Counted from the stretch's first letter, positions 1 through 9,911 are shown. The stretch is DNA of 64,000 bases from Bacteroidaceae bacterium (GCA_045660365.1 JAZRDQ010000008.1:72506-136505), one strand, 5' to 3'. Translations and numbers: made by a program. Notes: a model not told the origin generated them from the sequence alone.

Positions 1-1122
1 TTAGGAAAAGAAGTTGCCATTGAGTTACAGCGATATGGCGTGGAGGTAATTGCATTGGATCGTTATGAGAATGCTCCGGCAATGCAGATTGCCCACAGGT
101 CTTATGTACTTTCAATGCTGGATGGCCCCAGACTACGTGAGATAATAGAAAAGGAGAAACCAGATATGATTATCCCAGAAGTAGAAGCTATTGCTACTCC
201 AACTCTTATTGAACTGGAAAAAGAGGGATATAATGTAATTCCAACAGCCCAGGCAACATTCCTGACAATGAACCGTAAGGGAATACGTCAGCTTGCTGCT
301 GAAGAGTTGGGATTGCCTACATCAAAGTATAAGTTTGCTGCTACAAGAGAAGAGTTTGATGCGGCAATTGCTGAGGTTGGAACTCCATGTGTGGTTAAGC
401 CTATTATGAGCTCTTCAGGTCATGGTCAGAGCGTATGCAAGACTCCTGCAGATGCGGATAAATGCTGGAAATATGCTCAGGAGGGAGGCCGTGCAGGCGA
501 AGGTGAAGTTATTGTTGAGGGTTTTGTAAAGTTTGACTACGAAATTACACTTCTGACAGTTCGTCATAGCGCAGGTACATCGTTCCTGAACCCAATAGGA
601 CATCATCAGGTAGATGGTGACTATCGTGAATCATGGCAGGCACAGCCAATGAGCGATATTGCTCTGGCTAAGGCACAGGATATAGCCAAGAAAATTACCG
701 ATGCATTGGGCGGATATGGTATATTTGGTGTTGAGATGTTCATCTGTGGTGATGATGTTCTCTTCAGTGAAGTTTCACCTCGTCCACACGATACCGGTAT
801 GGTAACAATGATATCACAGGATCTTTCAGAATTTGCGCTTCATGCAAGAGCTATTCTGGGTTTGCCTATTCCAAAAATTAATTTCTACGGTCCATCAGCA
901 TCAAAGGCTATCGTAGTGGAAGGTGACGGCACACAGGTTGTGTTTGAAAATCTAGATGAAGTTCTTGCTGAAGAGGATGTACAGATACGTATATTCGGTA
1001 AACCTTTCGTTAAGGGACATCGCCGTATGGGTGTTATCCTTGCAAAGGATGAAACAATAGAAAAAGCGCTGGAAAAGGCAGAGCGTGCCTATGCAAAACT
1101 GAGTGTTAAGGTTGTTGGCTGA
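1..1122 (+). CDS. purT: Formate-dependent phosphoribosylglycinamide formyltransferase (GAR transformylase 2), 5' end cut by the window edge
   Basis: Frame 1 is open from nt 1 ([22 protein letters not shown]...). ATP-grasp blocks [32 protein letters not shown] and SPRPHDTGM fit PurT. Stop codon at 1120-1122. Confidence 0.9.
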   Translation, partial: LGKEVAIELQRYGVEVIALDRYENAPAMQIAHRSYVLSMLDGPRLREIIEKEKPDMIIPEVEAIATPTLIELEKEGYNVIPTAQATFLTMNRKGIRQLAAEELGLPTSKYKFAATREEFDAAIAEVGTPCVVKPIMSSSGHGQSVCKTPADADKCWKYAQEGGRAGEGEVIVEGFVKFDYEITLLTVRHSAGTSFLNPIGHHQVDGDYRESWQAQPMSDIALAKAQDIAKKITDALGGYGIFGVEMFICGDDVLFSEVSPRPHDTGMVTMISQDLSEFALHARAILGLPIPKINFYGPSASKAIVVEGDGTQVVFENLDEVLAEEDVQIRIFGKPFVKGHRRMGVILAKDETIEKALEKAERAYAKLSVKVVG

Positions 1123-3073
1123 TAACAAGCTCCTTTTCATTCATACGCTCCAAATATTGCTGAATAACGGCTTTTAGTTCGTCAGCAAGTTCTGAAGCAA
1201 TATCAGGATACCGGTCTTTAAGATTTTCTTTCAGGCCGGTATCTGTTTTAAAGTTATACATGGCCATTACATTGGTTCCATCAAACTGTACTACGTAATC
1301 GCCCTTCATATACTGGAATATTCCATTTATGTAGTTAGCTGCAAAGGTATCTTCATCCTTTGTGTTAAGCAGGTTCTGTCCAAAGCAGATAAATGGAAGG
1401 TCATAACCCAGATAACCTAAAATGGTAGGCAGAATATCGGTCTGCTGTGCTATACAGTTACGTTCACCCTTCAGTTCGCCCGATGGGTCATAGAAGATAA
1501 TAGGCACTCTGAATTTACCAACTTCTGTCTGGTATTCTGCAAATTCTGACTGGTTGGTGTGGTCGGCAGTAAATACAAAGAGTGTGTTGTTGAACCACTC
1601 CTGTTCCTTAGCCTTTTCAAAGAACAGACGCAATCCATTATCGGAATACCTTACACATTTGTGAATAGGCAGGTTGCCTTCTGGAAATTTATCCTTGCTC
1701 CATTCAGGAATAGCGAATGGGTGGTGCGATGTAGCTGTGAAGATGGACGATACGAACGGTTGCTTAAAACTGCCCATTTTATCGCAGAAATATTGCAGAT
1801 AATCTTCATCCCAGATGGCCCATATACCATCGAATTTTGACATTCCGCCATATTGTGGCTCTTCGTTGAATTCAGTCAGACCAAAATAATCAGTGTATCC
1901 TATACTGCGTGAATATGATTTGAATCCCATTGAATTATTTTCTGCACCATGGAAAAATGCTGAATAGTAACCTTTGCCAGCAAGCTCTTCAGCAAGACCG
2001 CTTACATTCTTGTTTATCAGAGTAGGGGTTAGGACAAAGTTTTCTACAAACATCGGGATGCCTGATAGTATTGATGGCATGGCATCAATGCTCTTTCTGC
2101 CGTTTGCAAATGAGTATCTGAAGGTTAAACTTTCCTCTATCAGAGAATCCAGAAATGGGGTGTAGCTTACAAAGTCCGGTTTATCTTTATTTAGCGCACC
2201 TATGTATTCTGTTCCGAAACTTTCCAGTATAAAAACCACAACGTTCTTATCTCTGAAAACAGCGTTGGAATCGGGCAAAACTACACCTGAGAATCTCTTT
2301 TCAAGTTCTTCTTCAGAGAAGTATCTGGTTACAACCATCTGCTTCTTGTCAAGTGTGCGCACAAAACAGAAAGGGGTGTTCAGTACCGCAACAGCTTCTA
2401 CCGGTCTGTTTACATACTGGTTTGCATTGCTCAGTGTAATTGGGTGGCTGCTTGTCCAACCGCCGCGCATACCTACGACGCTCAGCGTTGCCATGATAAT
2501 AAGCGAGAGTGTACGTATAACGTAGTATGATGGAAGATGATTGAATACAATTGTTCGGGGCGTACGTATGGTCTTAACAAGAAAGGCTATTAGCAGCAGG
2601 CCTGTCAATGTTATGTACCAACTGTTTATCACCTCCTTGAATATTATCTGCCCTAAATTTGTTTCGTTTGCAAATTCGGTGAATACAGATATTGTTGTGC
2701 GTTTGCCTGAGAACTGATAATAGACTGTATCTACCAGATTCATTACGATGCCTATGCTGCAGAAAATTATAAGAATCCAGCGGACAAATCTGTAATATCC
2801 CTTTTTCTCCTTGATATGTAATGGCAATAGCATCAGTAATGTATAAAGAACGCTCAGATACATTATTGCTGCGGTGTCAAAGCGCAGACTACCTTTAAAC
2901 ATACTCCACAAAAGTTCTCTGGTAAGATAACCTTCGTACAGGCTATAGTTGTAGCATACAAACACAATTCTGCATATCATAAAGCAGATGTATGCCATTA
3001 GCAGGTTCCAAAGTAGTGTGATTAGCGGCGTTCCCAGTACCGTCTTTATAAAATGCTTAGCTTCTTTTGCCAT
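1106..3073 (-). CDS. LTA-synthase / sulfatase-family membrane protein (phosphoglycerol- or phosphoethanolamine-transferase-like)
   Basis: About five N-terminal hydrophobic helices are followed by an alkaline-phosphatase-superfamily domain ([29 protein letters not shown]). The preferred ATG at 3073 (MAKEAKHF) lies 1 nt after the stop of the upstream kinase gene; the longer ORF reaches 3100. The 3' end overlaps purT convergently by 17 nt. Confidence 0.75.
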   Translation of the reverse strand: MAKEAKHFIKTVLGTPLITLLWNLLMAYICFMICRIVFVCYNYSLYEGYLTRELLWSMFKGSLRFDTAAIMYLSVLYTLLMLLPLHIKEKKGYYRFVRWILIIFCSIGIVMNLVDTVYYQFSGKRTTISVFTEFANETNLGQIIFKEVINSWYITLTGLLLIAFLVKTIRTPRTIVFNHLPSYYVIRTLSLIIMATLSVVGMRGGWTSSHPITLSNANQYVNRPVEAVAVLNTPFCFVRTLDKKQMVVTRYFSEEELEKRFSGVVLPDSNAVFRDKNVVVFILESFGTEYIGALNKDKPDFVSYTPFLDSLIEESLTFRYSFANGRKSIDAMPSILSGIPMFVENFVLTPTLINKNVSGLAEELAGKGYYSAFFHGAENNSMGFKSYSRSIGYTDYFGLTEFNEEPQYGGMSKFDGIWAIWDEDYLQYFCDKMGSFKQPFVSSIFTATSHHPFAIPEWSKDKFPEGNLPIHKCVRYSDNGLRLFFEKAKEQEWFNNTLFVFTADHTNQSEFAEYQTEVGKFRVPIIFYDPSGELKGERNCIAQQTDILPTILGYLGYDLPFICFGQNLLNTKDEDTFAANYINGIFQYMKGDYVVQFDGTNVMAMYNFKTDTGLKENLKDRYPDIASELADELKAVIQQYLERMNEKELVISQQP

Positions 3074-3074
3074 T

Positions 3075-3998
3075 TTAACTGAATATTTCAGAGATATCAA
3101 TCTCTATGTAATTGTTGGTTGTCTGACAGGCTTTGGTAGCAAATGCAATACCGTATGCAGCTATCTTTTCCCAGTTGCTTTTGCCTAATTTTTCCAGGTT
3201 GTCAGTATAGATTGATTCAGAAATCAGGCTGTAAGCTATTCCTGCATTGAAGTTGTCGCCAGCGCCTATTGTGCTTATTACATTGTCTATCCTTTTGGAT
3301 GGGATGTAATAATAGTTGTCTTTGTCTATAATCTCTACACCCTTTGCTCCGTGGGTCATTATCAGAACGTTACAACGGCCTTTTATATGCTGTTCATAAA
3401 CTTTTTTTATGTCTGATTCTCCGTAGAGGATTTCAAAATCTTCGTCGCTGCCACGTACTATATCTGCCAGACAGAAATTTTCATGGAAGGTGTCATATAG
3501 AGAATCCACTTCACTCTTATGGTTGGCCCGGAAGTTTAAATCATAGTAGAGCAGTGCGCCGCTCTCTTTGGCATGTTTCAGGAATCCGCCTACCTGTCTG
3601 CGTAAAACCGGATTAAGTGCATAGTATGATCCAAAAAGAACTATATCTTCCTTGCTCATTTCCGGTAGTTCAAATTCCAGGCGGATGTTTGGATAGTCTT
3701 TGTAGAAACTGTAATCGGCATTGCTGTTCTGGTCTAAAAATGCCAGTGAAATGGCCGTTTTTTTACCTTCATAACAGGAAAGATAGCGTGTGTCAACGCC
3801 ATTCTTTTCCATGGTCTCCTTTATTATCATTCCCACTCGGTCACTGCCTACTTCACTTATCTGGGTACATTTTACACCAAGCTTTCCAAGTGTCATCAAT
3901 CCATTGAATACTGAGCCACCAGGTACGCCTGCTATTGGCTGACCATCCTTGAAAATAATGTCATATATAGTTTCTCCTATTCCGAAAACTCTTCTCAT
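3075..3998 (-). CDS. PfkB-family carbohydrate kinase (fructokinase/ribokinase-like)
   Basis: 307 aa with an N-terminal GGSVFNG motif and a C-terminal TIGAGDNFNAG PfkB signature. The start overlaps the stop of the upstream SIS gene by 4 nt. Confidence 0.8.
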   Translation of the reverse strand: MRRVFGIGETIYDIIFKDGQPIAGVPGGSVFNGLMTLGKLGVKCTQISEVGSDRVGMIIKETMEKNGVDTRYLSCYEGKKTAISLAFLDQNSNADYSFYKDYPNIRLEFELPEMSKEDIVLFGSYYALNPVLRRQVGGFLKHAKESGALLYYDLNFRANHKSEVDSLYDTFHENFCLADIVRGSDEDFEILYGESDIKKVYEQHIKGRCNVLIMTHGAKGVEIIDKDNYYYIPSKRIDNVISTIGAGDNFNAGIAYSLISESIYTDNLEKLGKSNWEKIAAYGIAFATKACQTTNNYIEIDISEIFS

Positions 3999-4594
3999 AA
4001 TAGTCTTTTTGAACGTAGCCCCAGGTAACCTCCATGGTGCCTTTTGTTATATTCTTCTACTGTAAAGCCAATTCTTTTCATGGTCTCTACCACCAGAATA
4101 TCTCCTATTACAGTCATTACTGTTGTACTGGTTGTAGGTGCCAGACCCAGGGCGCATACCTCCTCCGGTGCACCTGTCAAAAGTAAAACATCGGCCATCT
4201 TTGCCAGTTGGCTGTTCTTTTTGCTAGTAATTACAATGAATTTCAATTCAGGATCAAGTTCCTTGCTCAACTCAATAAGCTCCAGAATTTCTCTGGTCTT
4301 CCCGGAATTCGATATAAGCAGGAACAGGTCATTCTTTTGAACTATTCCCAGATCGCCATGTTGCGCTTCGCTTGGGTGCAGAAATACGGCAGGTGTACCA
4401 GTTGAACAGAATGTGGTTGCCATGTTCATGGCTATCTGTCCGGCTTTACCCATACCGCTGGTTATCAGTTTTCCGTTGTTATTGTGTATATGATCAACTA
4501 TCATATCGATAGCTCTTTCATATTCGTCATCAATTGGTAGGTTGAGTATTGCTTTCGCCTCTTGCTCTATCAAATCTTTAATTGATTCTTTCAT
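3995..4594 (-). CDS. Single SIS-domain sugar-phosphate isomerase, KpsF/GutQ-like (possible arabinose-5-phosphate isomerase without CBS domains)
   Basis: 199 aa. GMGKAGQIAMNMATTFCSTGTPAVFLHPSEAQHGDLGIV and LISNSGKTREI closely resemble the KdsD/KpsF SIS domain. No CBS pair follows. Confidence 0.65.
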   Translation of the reverse strand: MKESIKDLIEQEAKAILNLPIDDEYERAIDMIVDHIHNNNGKLITSGMGKAGQIAMNMATTFCSTGTPAVFLHPSEAQHGDLGIVQKNDLFLLISNSGKTREILELIELSKELDPELKFIVITSKKNSQLAKMADVLLLTGAPEEVCALGLAPTTSTTVMTVIGDILVVETMKRIGFTVEEYNKRHHGGYLGLRSKRLL

Positions 4595-4624
4595 ACTCTT
4601 AGTATTGTAATTGCTGCAAAGATA

Positions 4625-6115
4625 CTATTTGAAAAACTTATTTACAAGCGGAATGGACTTTAGTGGTAAATCCGTCTTTATAATGTACCATACATAACAG
4701 ATAAGCAATAGAGTGTTGATACTCAGTTTTAACACAATATTTGTATCCTTGAACAATGTTGAAATTCCCCATAAGACAGCTGCCAATATGCAATAGATAA
4801 AGATCTCTTTCAGTGGGTATTTGACAGGTTCATAATGTTGACCTACAAAATATGATAGCAACATACATACTCCATAACCTGCAAATCCACCCCACGCACA
4901 GGCAATATATCCGTATTTAGGAACAAACAGTATGTTTATTGCTACCAGCACTGTGCAACCAATGAACGAGAAGAATCCACCCCACCAGGTTTTATCGCTT
5001 AGTTTGTACCAGAATGACAGGTTAAAGTAGATACCCATAAAAATTTCTGCTATCATCACTATAGGTATTACCTTTGCTCCGGCACGGTAGTTCGGACCTA
5101 ATATCAGGAGTAGGATATCCAAATAGAAAACAACTGTCAGAAATGCCAGAATCGCAAAGATTATAAAGTATTTCATTGTGTCTGAATACATTTTGTTCTT
5201 TTCGTCTCTGCTCTCTCTTGTTGCACCGAATACCATAGGTTCATAAGCATATCTGAATGCCTGGATAAGCATGCTCATTATCATGGCAATTTTAACTGCA
5301 GCACCATATTCGCCTAACTGTGCCTGTCCTTCCTGCCCTGTTACAAGGTGCGGATAGAGCATCTTGTCGGCCACCTGATTCAGTATGCCGGCCAGCCCTA
5401 AAATCAGTATAGGAAGGGTATATGCAAACATTTCGCGGAATAATTTAGCGTTAAACCCAAACTTCAGTTCTTTCAGTTCCGGAATGAATGCAAGCAGTGA
5501 AACAGCAGAACAGAACAAGTTTATAAGGAAAGCATATAACACCAGATTGTCTGTTTTAAACCAGCCTGCAAATAGCGCAGAATGGGCAAAATATTCAGGT
5601 ATGAAATAGATGAACAGCAAATTAAGCGCTATATTCAGGAATATTATGGCTAATTTTATGCTTGCAAATTTTAGTGGTCTTTTCTGAAGTCTGAGATATG
5701 AGAATATAACAGCCTGGAAAGCATCAAGTGCCACTACCATTGCCATTATACGAATGAATTCCGGGCGGGCAGTAAACTTTAGTACTAGGGAAACAGGTTC
5801 AGTAAACAGGCAGCATGCCAGTGCGAACAGGAATGAAAGTGTACCTACAAAAATTAATGTTGTGGAGAAAACTTTTCCCTTATGAGCACCCTCTTTGTTT
5901 GCGAAACGGAACATTGTGGTTTCCATTCCAAAAGTCAAAAATACCAACAAAAATGCAGTCCATGCATAGAATGATGTAATCTGCCCATATTCAGACTGAT
6001 CTGTAAGAGTACGGGTGTATAGCGGAGTCAACAGGTAGTTTATAAATCTGCCGACAATGCTGCTTATACCATATATTGCGGTGTCTTTGGCCAGTGCGGC
6101 CATCTTGTTTGCCAT
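4625..6115 (-). CDS. MOP-superfamily polysaccharide/oligosaccharide flippase (Wzx/RfbX-like)
   Basis: 496 aa and polytopic (about 12-14 hydrophobic segments). The N-terminus AKDTAIYGISSIVGRFINYLLTPLYTR is typical of polysaccharide biosynthesis flippases. Confidence 0.75.
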   Translation of the reverse strand: MANKMAALAKDTAIYGISSIVGRFINYLLTPLYTRTLTDQSEYGQITSFYAWTAFLLVFLTFGMETTMFRFANKEGAHKGKVFSTTLIFVGTLSFLFALACCLFTEPVSLVLKFTARPEFIRIMAMVVALDAFQAVIFSYLRLQKRPLKFASIKLAIIFLNIALNLLFIYFIPEYFAHSALFAGWFKTDNLVLYAFLINLFCSAVSLLAFIPELKELKFGFNAKLFREMFAYTLPILILGLAGILNQVADKMLYPHLVTGQEGQAQLGEYGAAVKIAMIMSMLIQAFRYAYEPMVFGATRESRDEKNKMYSDTMKYFIIFAILAFLTVVFYLDILLLILGPNYRAGAKVIPIVMIAEIFMGIYFNLSFWYKLSDKTWWGGFFSFIGCTVLVAINILFVPKYGYIACAWGGFAGYGVCMLLSYFVGQHYEPVKYPLKEIFIYCILAAVLWGISTLFKDTNIVLKLSINTLLLICYVWYIIKTDLPLKSIPLVNKFFK

Positions 6116-6134
6116 ACTTTTTCTGTAGTTTTTG

Positions 6135-6142
6135 CAAACTTA
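6135..6142 (-). promoter_or_regulatory. Candidate Bacteroidetes -7 promoter element (TAAGTTTG on the minus strand) for the flippase operon
   Basis: Plus-strand CAAACTTA is an exact TAnnTTTG on the minus strand, about 20 nt upstream of the ATG at 6115. I found no clean -33 TTTG. Confidence 0.3.
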
Positions 6143-6390
6143 CAAAATAATTGGTTAATAATAGCTGTCTGTTGCATTAAATAGGTTGCACTTCTTGGCG
6201 CTATGTCCTAATTGCAGTAAAATTATTTAACAGCTACCGGTTGTAAGTGTTTTTGTAAAAAAAAATAATAGGCATTAAGGTGTTTTTTAATTGATTTTTT
6301 TGCCTAACTTCGTAGCCTTGTTTTACGCATATGCGCATATATGCGCGAGATAGACGAAAGTTGATGTTAAGAAACAAATAGGTAATTAAC

Positions 6391-7710
6391 GTGAGTAAGG
6401 GACAGAACAACATAATAAGTACATTGATTTTAATATTAACCTCTCATTTTGTTGGGTGGGTTAAGGCTGCGCCTATGAGTCCTGATGTGAATTTGGTTTC
6501 CCAGGACTCATTCTACGTTGATTCAGTCTATATTAATCTTTTTGAAAATTCCACCACAGATGTCCTTTTTAAACTGAATGATGAAAAACTGTATGAAGAC
6601 TACAGAGACAATGCTCTGGCGCTGGATAAGTTGCATCGCATATTGGATTCTGTTGATGTTCAGGATGTTCTGGAAGTGGAAATTGTTGTCCAGTCATCTC
6701 CTGAAGGCGTATATCTTCGAAATAAGTGGCTTACAGAGCATCGTACCCAGGTAATAAGTGATTATATGAATAAAAACTGGCCTGTGCTTGCCGGCAGAAC
6801 CACTTTGCATAGTGTAATAGAGGCCTGGGATGATTTGGAATTCTATGTAAATGAGGATACGTTGTTATCAGACAAAAGCAAACAGAGAATTCTGAATGTG
6901 ATTAATCCAAAAGACAGCATCAGTATAGAGACCAAGAAATGGCGTATGGAGAACAGACTGGGTTATGACCCGGCTGTCGGAGCTGTTTACAGATATCTGT
7001 ATCGCAAATATTATCCAGTCCTGAGAGGTGCAGGTGTGCAGATTAAGTACAAGAATCGTAATGTGCAGACAGTGTTTCCAATGGTTGGACTAACTGTAAA
7101 ACCTTTACCTGATAGAATTGAAGAGAGAGAATATCCTGCGGTGGAAGAACCTGTTGTAAGGAAAGAGCCTGTAATAGTTGCGGCTCTTAAGACCAACCTC
7201 CTGTTTGATGCAGCAATGGCTCCGAACGTAACATTGGAGATACCAATAGGAAAGCATTTCTCAATCCATTTTGAGGATATATTTCCATGGTACAGTAACG
7301 GATACAAGCAGTGTTATGAATTATGGGTTATGGGTCCGGAGGTAAGATTTTGGTTCAGAACTCCTGAAAAGCGCAATGAAAAGTTGCGTGGTCATTTTGT
7401 GGGATTATACGGATATGCCGGTCTCTATGACTTCCAGAACTATTTTGATTTCTGTTATCAGGGCGATTTATGGTCAGTGGGCGCAACATACGGATATTCA
7501 TTCCCTATTGGCAAAAAGAAAAAGTGGAACCTTGAGGCTGCAGCTTCAGTAGGTTATTCAAATATCAACTATCAGCACTATTATCCATCACTTAACTATG
7601 ATCGTTTGATTCGTGATGTGAACAAGGTGGGTAGAATAAAATATCTTGGGCCGACAAATGTAAAAGTTTCATTGGTAAGACCAATCAATTTAAAACTTAA
7701 AAGCAAATAA
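6391..7710 (+). CDS. Outer-membrane beta-barrel protein, DUF3575-like C-terminal half with an OmpA-like N-terminal region; first gene of pilus-like locus 1
   Basis: 439 aa with an N-terminal signal-like segment. The OmpA-like block is VQSSPEGVYLRNKWLTEHRTQVISDYM. The C-terminal block LKTNLLFDAAMAPNVTLEIPIGKHFSIHFEDIFPWY...GPEVRFWF...GHFVGLYGYAGLYDF shows an alternating beta-strand pattern typical of DUF3575. It is paralogous to 46475-47779. Confidence 0.65.
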   Translation: MSKGQNNIISTLILILTSHFVGWVKAAPMSPDVNLVSQDSFYVDSVYINLFENSTTDVLFKLNDEKLYEDYRDNALALDKLHRILDSVDVQDVLEVEIVVQSSPEGVYLRNKWLTEHRTQVISDYMNKNWPVLAGRTTLHSVIEAWDDLEFYVNEDTLLSDKSKQRILNVINPKDSISIETKKWRMENRLGYDPAVGAVYRYLYRKYYPVLRGAGVQIKYKNRNVQTVFPMVGLTVKPLPDRIEEREYPAVEEPVVRKEPVIVAALKTNLLFDAAMAPNVTLEIPIGKHFSIHFEDIFPWYSNGYKQCYELWVMGPEVRFWFRTPEKRNEKLRGHFVGLYGYAGLYDFQNYFDFCYQGDLWSVGATYGYSFPIGKKKKWNLEAAASVGYSNINYQHYYPSLNYDRLIRDVNKVGRIKYLGPTNVKVSLVRPINLKLKSK

Positions 7711-7721
7711 GCTGTACGGAT

Positions 7722-8822
7722 ATGAATAGAAGGGCAAATACATTAATGATGTTTCTGATGACGTTAATTCTTTTGACGTCATGTGAATTGCGTCCGCTCA
7801 GCGATCTTAATAAGAATCTGTTGCTGCGTCTGCGTGTTAATCTACAGATACAGAATGTTACTGAAACTCCAAAGGTTGAGGTAATGCGTGTAATTTTCTA
7901 TGATCCCAAAACAAATCGTCGTTTTACAGAAGATTACGTGCCTTCTGAAGGTGGCTACATAAGTGTACCTCCCGGTGACTATAAGCTTATAATCTACAAC
8001 TTTGATACAGAATCAACCCTAATAAGAAATGATGCGCAATTGTATCAGATGGAGGCTTATACCAATGAGATCTCACAGCAACTTAAGAATAAAGCTTTCA
8101 GTGTAATTGAAAGGTCTAAGTCCGAGATAGAAAAGGGTGCCCCATCTCGCAGGGTGCGTACTCGTGCAGAAGGCGACACTCTCAATATAGAAGATGATGA
8201 TATAGTAGGCGATACAATCTCAAATGAAGATAAGGAGTGGGCAGAATCTATGGATGGTATTGAGAATACCAAAATTGTATATGAACCTGATCATCTTTTT
8301 GTGGCACGCGATAATGTTACCATCTTTAACGATGTGGAAGAGCAGGTGGTGGAGGTTGAGGCCGAAACAGTTGTTGAAACCTATTATTTGAGTGTAAGGG
8401 TAAAGAATATCAAGCACATGGCATCAGCAAATGCATTGCTTACAGGCCAGATAGGTTCTAACTTTATTGGCTATCCGAAGGAGGAGGGTAAATCGGACGA
8501 TAATGTATCGCTATACTTTCCGCTTTATGCAGCAACCGATGAAACTGAAAACGATAAGGTACACAGTACATTCAATACCTTCGGTAAAATGCCGGGTAAA
8601 GAGACAAAATTGTGGCTAACCATATTTCTTACTACCCAATCTGGTCAGACAGTAGAATGGCATAAGGATATTACAGAGGAATTCATTGATAATCCTGACC
8701 ATAAGATTGAGATTGAAGAAGATGCAATTATTGTTCCCGATCCTCCTGCAGGCAGTGGTGGCGGTGGTTTCCAGCCAGGTGTGTCAGAGTGGGAAGAGGA
8801 AAATCATTACATAGAACTATAA
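7722..8822 (+). CDS. Lipoprotein, candidate FimB/Mfa2-type pilus anchor (DUF5119-like)
   Basis: 366 aa with lipobox LLTSC. It lies 11 nt downstream of the barrel gene and ends GGGGFQPGVSEWEEENHYIEL. It is paralogous to 48109-49317 (GGGFNASVENWGNEYNASVTI). The family name is recalled from gene context, not from a search. Confidence 0.5.
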   Translation: MNRRANTLMMFLMTLILLTSCELRPLSDLNKNLLLRLRVNLQIQNVTETPKVEVMRVIFYDPKTNRRFTEDYVPSEGGYISVPPGDYKLIIYNFDTESTLIRNDAQLYQMEAYTNEISQQLKNKAFSVIERSKSEIEKGAPSRRVRTRAEGDTLNIEDDDIVGDTISNEDKEWAESMDGIENTKIVYEPDHLFVARDNVTIFNDVEEQVVEVEAETVVETYYLSVRVKNIKHMASANALLTGQIGSNFIGYPKEEGKSDDNVSLYFPLYAATDETENDKVHSTFNTFGKMPGKETKLWLTIFLTTQSGQTVEWHKDITEEFIDNPDHKIEIEEDAIIVPDPPAGSGGGGFQPGVSEWEEENHYIEL

Positions 8823-8834
8823 TTATAGAGAGAT

Positions 8835-9845
8835 ATGCTAAAGGTATTTAAAAAAATGTCAGTTTTAGGAGTTGCATTGGGAATGTTGTCCTCTTGTGCA
8901 ACGAATGAAACATTTATGCCTGAAACTACAGAAATTGGTTTTAATGCGGTAACAGGTAATGCTACAAAAGCAATATTGTCGGCTGGAACATTACCAACTA
9001 CTGCATCATTTGATGTTTGGGGCTTCTATTCTAACGATGGCTCATTTGCAGAGTTTAGCGATAATTCATTATCAAACTTTATGAGTGGCCTGACAATAGA
9101 GTGGACATCAGGAAATGATGAGAGTCGTCCTGAAGCCTGGCGTAATAAAGAAAAATATTACTACTGGCCAACAACTGGTGTGATAGGTTTCTATGCTCTT
9201 TATCCTTCAGGACTGAATGGAGTACAAAAACCTGAGTTCAAAGGTAGAGGTCTGCAGATAGATGACTACACAATAGACATCACATCAAAGTACACAGACT
9301 TAATGTATGCATACACTATGGGTACAAATCGTACAACTGCATTGCCAATTCAGTTCAAGCATGCTTTATCGCAGATAGAGTTTAAGGTAAAACTTGAAGA
9401 GAACTATCCGGATGTGGAGTTCTATGTAGAAAAGATAGAACTGCAGAATGTTGATTTACAGGCTACATTTAACTATGTACAGCCATCAAGCGTTTCTATA
9501 TGGACAAATAATACTGATAACCAGACAGAGTCGTTGAAATATTCAGATGAATCAATAAAGCTATCTTCTGAAACTCAAGTATATTCTTCGGCTATGGTAA
9601 TGTTGCCTCAACAACTAAGCAAGGCTGATACTGCTGAAACAGCAATCAGCATATTGTATAAAATGGTTCAGGCAGACGGAACAATTATGGATGGAACTAT
9701 GGTGAAAGTTATATCTACTTTGCAACCATCGTGGGAACAAAGTACAAAATATGTATATACACTTAACTTCAATTTGAACGAAATTACATTCAATCCGGAA
9801 ATAACAGACTGGACAGAAATAAGTGTAAACCAGATTATGAAGTGA
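8835..9845 (+). CDS. Fimbrillin-like lipoprotein, paralog 1 (Mfa_like_1-type)
   Basis: Lipobox LSSC. Family blocks: EIGFNAV..ATKA, YYYWP, DLMYAY, FKHALSQIEF, MLPQ, KYVYTLNFNLNEITFNPEITDW. Confidence 0.7.
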   Translation: MLKVFKKMSVLGVALGMLSSCATNETFMPETTEIGFNAVTGNATKAILSAGTLPTTASFDVWGFYSNDGSFAEFSDNSLSNFMSGLTIEWTSGNDESRPEAWRNKEKYYYWPTTGVIGFYALYPSGLNGVQKPEFKGRGLQIDDYTIDITSKYTDLMYAYTMGTNRTTALPIQFKHALSQIEFKVKLEENYPDVEFYVEKIELQNVDLQATFNYVQPSSVSIWTNNTDNQTESLKYSDESIKLSSETQVYSSAMVMLPQQLSKADTAETAISILYKMVQADGTIMDGTMVKVISTLQPSWEQSTKYVYTLNFNLNEITFNPEITDWTEISVNQIMK

Positions 9846-9877
9846 ACCCCAAAAGTTAGACAAAAAACTTTTGGGGT
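9846..9877 (+). terminator. Perfect 12-bp stem-loop directly after paralog 1 (partial terminator or RNA-stability element)
   Basis: ACCCCAAAAGTT (9846-9857) pairs perfectly with AACTTTTGGGGT (9866-9877) across an 8-nt loop. It starts 1 nt after the TGA stop and has no U-tract. Confidence 0.5.
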
Positions 9878-9911
9878 CAGATCAATTAAAGTGCCTTAAA
9901 TAAAAAACAAT

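Noticed and set aside
6131-6262. Imperfect inverted repeat (TTTGCAAACTTACAA...AGCTGT against ACAGCTA...TTGTAAGTGTTTTTGTAA) upstream of locus 1, considered as an invertible-promoter switch
   Set aside because: Only short arms match (7-8 nt each, interrupted). The enclosed segment is about 60 bp, and no site-specific recombinase gene is in the window. This is insufficient evidence for a phase-variable shufflon.
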